Positions 56,369 through 59,356 of a stretch of DNA of 59,356 nucleotides are shown piece by piece. Position numbers and translations under genes: made by a program. The stretch comes from a virus. Its lineage: Duplodnaviria > Caudoviricetes. Within the stretch, counting starts at the first letter, position 1. Each line of letters starts with the position of its first letter. The notes beneath the pieces were generated by a model that saw only the letters and a list, made by a program, of their open reading frames with translations, made no database searches and was not told the DNA's origin. The stretch is taken from positions 1-59,356 of IMG/VR virus record IMGVR_UViG_3300010234_000013; one strand, written 5' to 3'.

Positions 56369-59356
56369 AGATTATTTTAATTGCTTTAATTTCTTTTGTA
56401 TCGTTAAGCCTATCTTCACAAATAAGGCTTGATCCTACTTACAGAATTAAATTAGCGGACACATCGGATTATATTTTGCTTTCTGATACTTTAGGAAGGT
56501 TCAATATTGTATTGAATCCTGATGTATCACTTGATACTTCTTATGTGGTTGGCGATTCTGTCTTATTGGTAACTAATAAGTATGGAGTTGCATTTGATAC
56601 AAGTTACATTGATATAAGTAGTTTTGGTACAGGTGCAATTAATCAAATTGTGTCGGATACAGCGACTGTATTAAGGGCCGAATTCGCAGCAGCAGATGTT
56701 GTTGTTACAAGTGCATTGCAAACCGAAATAGGTGATACCTCTGCCCTATTGAGAGGATTAATAACAACGGCACAGGACAGCGCGAATACAGCACTAACAC
56801 AAATAGATGTATTGCAAACAAACGATGCTGCTGATACCGATCAAGATCCAACAAATGAATACAATACTTCGGTAGGATTGTCGGGAACCAATTTGCAAGT
56901 CATAGATGGTGGTGGTACAAAGCAAACCGATTTAGACGGAACGTTTGCAACAGACGCAGATGTAACTACAGAAATAGGTGATACTTCAGCGGTTTTACGG
57001 GCTGAATATGTTGCAAGTGACGCTGCTGATTTAGATAAGTCGGCAACCAACGAACTAGATTCAATGCTTTATGGTGGAACAAATGTAGTAGACGGAACCG
57101 ATATACAGCCATTAGTGCAAATCGAAATTGGCGATACTGCAACGGTATTAAGGGCCGAAAGTGTGGCTTTGGATGCTTTGGATTTAGACAAATCGGCAAC
57201 AAACGAACATCAAGATTTAAGTTATAATGCAAGTAGCCGTGAAGTTGAAATAACAAATGGAACGAATGCGACTATAATAGAAGCAATAGCAAGTGGTAAT
57301 AGTGGACTTTTGACAGGATCAGACAAAGCTAAAATAGACGGAATAGAAAGCGGTGCAACGGCAGATCAAATTGCAAGTGAGGTTACATTAACACCCAATG
57401 GAGATATTGCAGCTACAGATGTGCAAGCAGGAATCGTTGAAGTGAGAGATGATACTGATACCAAGTTAACGGGGAAATCAGATACGGGTCATGCACATGC
57501 AACTTCTGATATAACAAGTGGAACTTTAGCGGATGCAAGAGTAGCAGAAAGCAATGTAACACAACACGAAGCAGCGTTGACAATTACGGAATCTCAAATA
57601 TCAGATTTAGCACATACGGCCAATACGGACACACAAATTGATTCAATAACCTTTACCGATTCGCAAGTCTTCATTTGGGATGGTGGATCAAAAAAAGATA
57701 GTGCCGACATTAGCACATTAACTTTAACCGAATCTAATATTTCTGATCTTTCACATACAACAAACGCAGCCGATTTGGTTTCGGGTTTATTGGCAGATGC
57801 AAGGGTTCAGGAAAGTAATGTGACACAACATGAAGCAGCACTAACCGTAACGGAAAGTCAAATTTCTGATCTTTCACATACAGTTGACACAGATACACAA
57901 ATTGATAGTGTCACTTTTACGGATTCACAAGTGTTTATTTGGGATGGTGGAGCGAAAAAGGATAGTGCCGATTTGAATACATTGACCTTAACAGAGTCTA
58001 ATATATCTGATCTTTCGCATACAACGGATACCAATACATTAGGGGCTGATGGAGATAAAGGAGATATAACAGTTGGCGGTACAGGAACAACATTAGACAT
58101 AGATAATGCTGCTGTTGATATTGCAGAATTAGCAGCAACAGGAACGCCTGATAATACAACATTTTTACGTGGTGATAATACATGGTCAACTCCTGCTGGA
58201 TCAGGTGATGTTTCCAAAGTAGGCACACCAGTAAATGATCAGATTGGCGTATGGACAGGTGATGGAACATTAGAAGGTGATGCGAATTTGACTTGGGATG
58301 GCAGCGAATTATTAATGACAGGGTCACAGGATTTAATACATGTATCAGCAGCAAATGATGATCATGCACTAGAACTAGACGTGGATGCAGCAGGATTTGG
58401 TGATGTGAAAGCTGTTGATATTAATTATACAACAGGGGCAGTATCAGCAGGGGAGGAAGAGGCTGTAATACTTACCGACATAAATCAAATTAGTGCAACG
58501 GGGGGGACTTTGGTAGCACATGAGGTACTAGCTACAGATGGATCAGCAGATGCAATATACGCACAAAAAGCAGGGGCGTTAGTTGGGCCTATAACACAGT
58601 CTTCTGGGGTTTTCTCTAATCCAACTACAGGAACTAACAATACAACAGCAACGGATGTAGCGGCAATGATTGATGGATCAACAGGAACAAGTACAACCAT
58701 ATTTGTAAACGATAATGATTATATATTAATAGGTGCAGCAGCAGAATTCACAGAAATAGAATTTATATTAGAAACCCCTGTTGGTTCTCCTGGTATAACT
58801 CCAACATTCGGATATTCTACAGCAGGAGCGCATCAGTTTACATCATTTTCTCCAATAGATGGCACAAATGGATTTAGGAATACAGGAGTGATATCATGGG
58901 AGTCATCCGATCTTACATCTCACACCACGAATGATAATACAGGAACATATGACATCCTGATAACTAGGACACATAATAGTAAGGGTAGTGCATCCCTTTA
59001 CTATGCAAAAACGGCTGCTACAGTGAAATATTCATGGAATAAGGATGGAGTGGTCACAATTAATACCGTAGAACCTATGGGCGATGTATCGGCAGCGGAT
59101 AATGCTGCTGTAGGGTACACAGCAACAGAAGGTATAATAATAACGGGGCAAGGGTCAACGGATGATGTCACAATCAAAAATGATGCTGATGCAACGGTAG
59201 TAAATATACCAACAGGCACAACTAATGTAAATGTGGTAGGGAATATATCCGTTGGTGGAACGGTAGATGGAATAGATGTTGCAACAGATGTAGCAGCTAA
59301 CACAGCAAAGGTAAGTGCAGATGGAAGTGTTACCTCCCACAGTGATGTAGTATCAG
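56359..59356 (+). CDS. N-terminal ~1000 aa of giant tail fibre/adhesin with signal peptide (absent from ORF track; runs off the window end)
   Basis: ATG 56359 MRIKIILIALISFVSLSLSS|QIRL; repeats EIGDTxAxLR, ESNVTQHEAALT, FLRGDxTW, GDVSKVGTPV; in frame with 59143 ACG GGG CAA that matches window start. Confidence 0.85.
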   Translation, partial: MRIKIILIALISFVSLSLSSQIRLDPTYRIKLADTSDYILLSDTLGRFNIVLNPDVSLDTSYVVGDSVLLVTNKYGVAFDTSYIDISSFGTGAINQIVSDTATVLRAEFAAADVVVTSALQTEIGDTSALLRGLITTAQDSANTALTQIDVLQTNDAADTDQDPTNEYNTSVGLSGTNLQVIDGGGTKQTDLDGTFATDADVTTEIGDTSAVLRAEYVASDAADLDKSATNELDSMLYGGTNVVDGTDIQPLVQIEIGDTATVLRAESVALDALDLDKSATNEHQDLSYNASSREVEITNGTNATIIEAIASGNSGLLTGSDKAKIDGIESGATADQIASEVTLTPNGDIAATDVQAGIVEVRDDTDTKLTGKSDTGHAHATSDITSGTLADARVAESNVTQHEAALTITESQISDLAHTANTDTQIDSITFTDSQVFIWDGGSKKDSADISTLTLTESNISDLSHTTNAADLVSGLLADARVQESNVTQHEAALTVTESQISDLSHTVDTDTQIDSVTFTDSQVFIWDGGAKKDSADLNTLTLTESNISDLSHTTDTNTLGADGDKGDITVGGTGTTLDIDNAAVDIAELAATGTPDNTTFLRGDNTWSTPAGSGDVSKVGTPVNDQIGVWTGDGTLEGDANLTWDGSELLMTGSQDLIHVSAANDDHALELDVDAAGFGDVKAVDINYTTGAVSAGEEEAVILTDINQISATGGTLVAHEVLATDGSADAIYAQKAGALVGPITQSSGVFSNPTTGTNNTTATDVAAMIDGSTGTSTTIFVNDNDYILIGAAAEFTEIEFILETPVGSPGITPTFGYSTAGAHQFTSFSPIDGTNGFRNTGVISWESSDLTSHTTNDNTGTYDILITRTHNSKGSASLYYAKTAATVKYSWNKDGVVTINTVEPMGDVSAADNAAVGYTATEGIIITGQGSTDDVTIKNDADATVVNIPTGTTNVNVVGNISVGGTVDGIDVATDVAANTAKVSADGSVTSHSDVVS
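59144..59356 (+). repeat. Imperfect terminal direct repeat, copy 2
   Basis: About 94% identical to 1-213. Confidence 0.95.

Noticed and set aside
56640-58030. Repeats as a CRISPR array
   Set aside because: In-frame coding repeats with synonymous variation and irregular spacing.
1-59356. Alternative genetic code
   Set aside because: Long genes are intact under the standard code, and TAA, TAG and TGA all end genes at sensible boundaries.

Overview
AT-rich, near-complete genome of a temperate tailed phage of a Bacteroidota host. The host call rests on TAnnTTTG -7 promoter elements, a DUF3127-type SSB, Gln(+1) signal peptides and SprB-like repeats. The window opens and closes inside one giant fibre gene whose two ends share an imperfect 213-bp repeat. 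Order: fibre C-terminus with S74 chaperone, lysis genes and S8 protease, phosphoesterase/HNH (1-8.6 kb); a leftward early operon with SSB, RecT, YqaJ, integrase-attP-xis, C5 methyltransferase and replication initiator (8.5-20.6 kb); repressor; then a long rightward late region with terminases, tail chaperones, tape measure, tail, portal, MuF-like, scaffold, capsid and neck genes. Main unexpected findings: (1) four integron attC-like hairpins delimiting gene cassettes, where ORFs begin inside the hairpin and one hairpin cuts a tyrosine-recombinase remnant at its RHS motif; (2) a late-region block of signal-peptide-bearing, Cys-rich proteins (subtilase, metzincin, Ig/TSP3 proteins), with the fibre itself also carrying a signal peptide; (3) a convergent ADP-ribosyltransferase/ADP-ribosylhydrolase pair beside an RHH-regulated antisense operon with twin operators; (4) eight late promoters with an exact 32-nt spacing; (5) a two-frame overlapping methyltransferase; (6) an attP core matching a tRNA 5' end; (7) a -1 frameshift in the tail chaperone. 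All family calls are from motif recognition by eye; no database searches were run.
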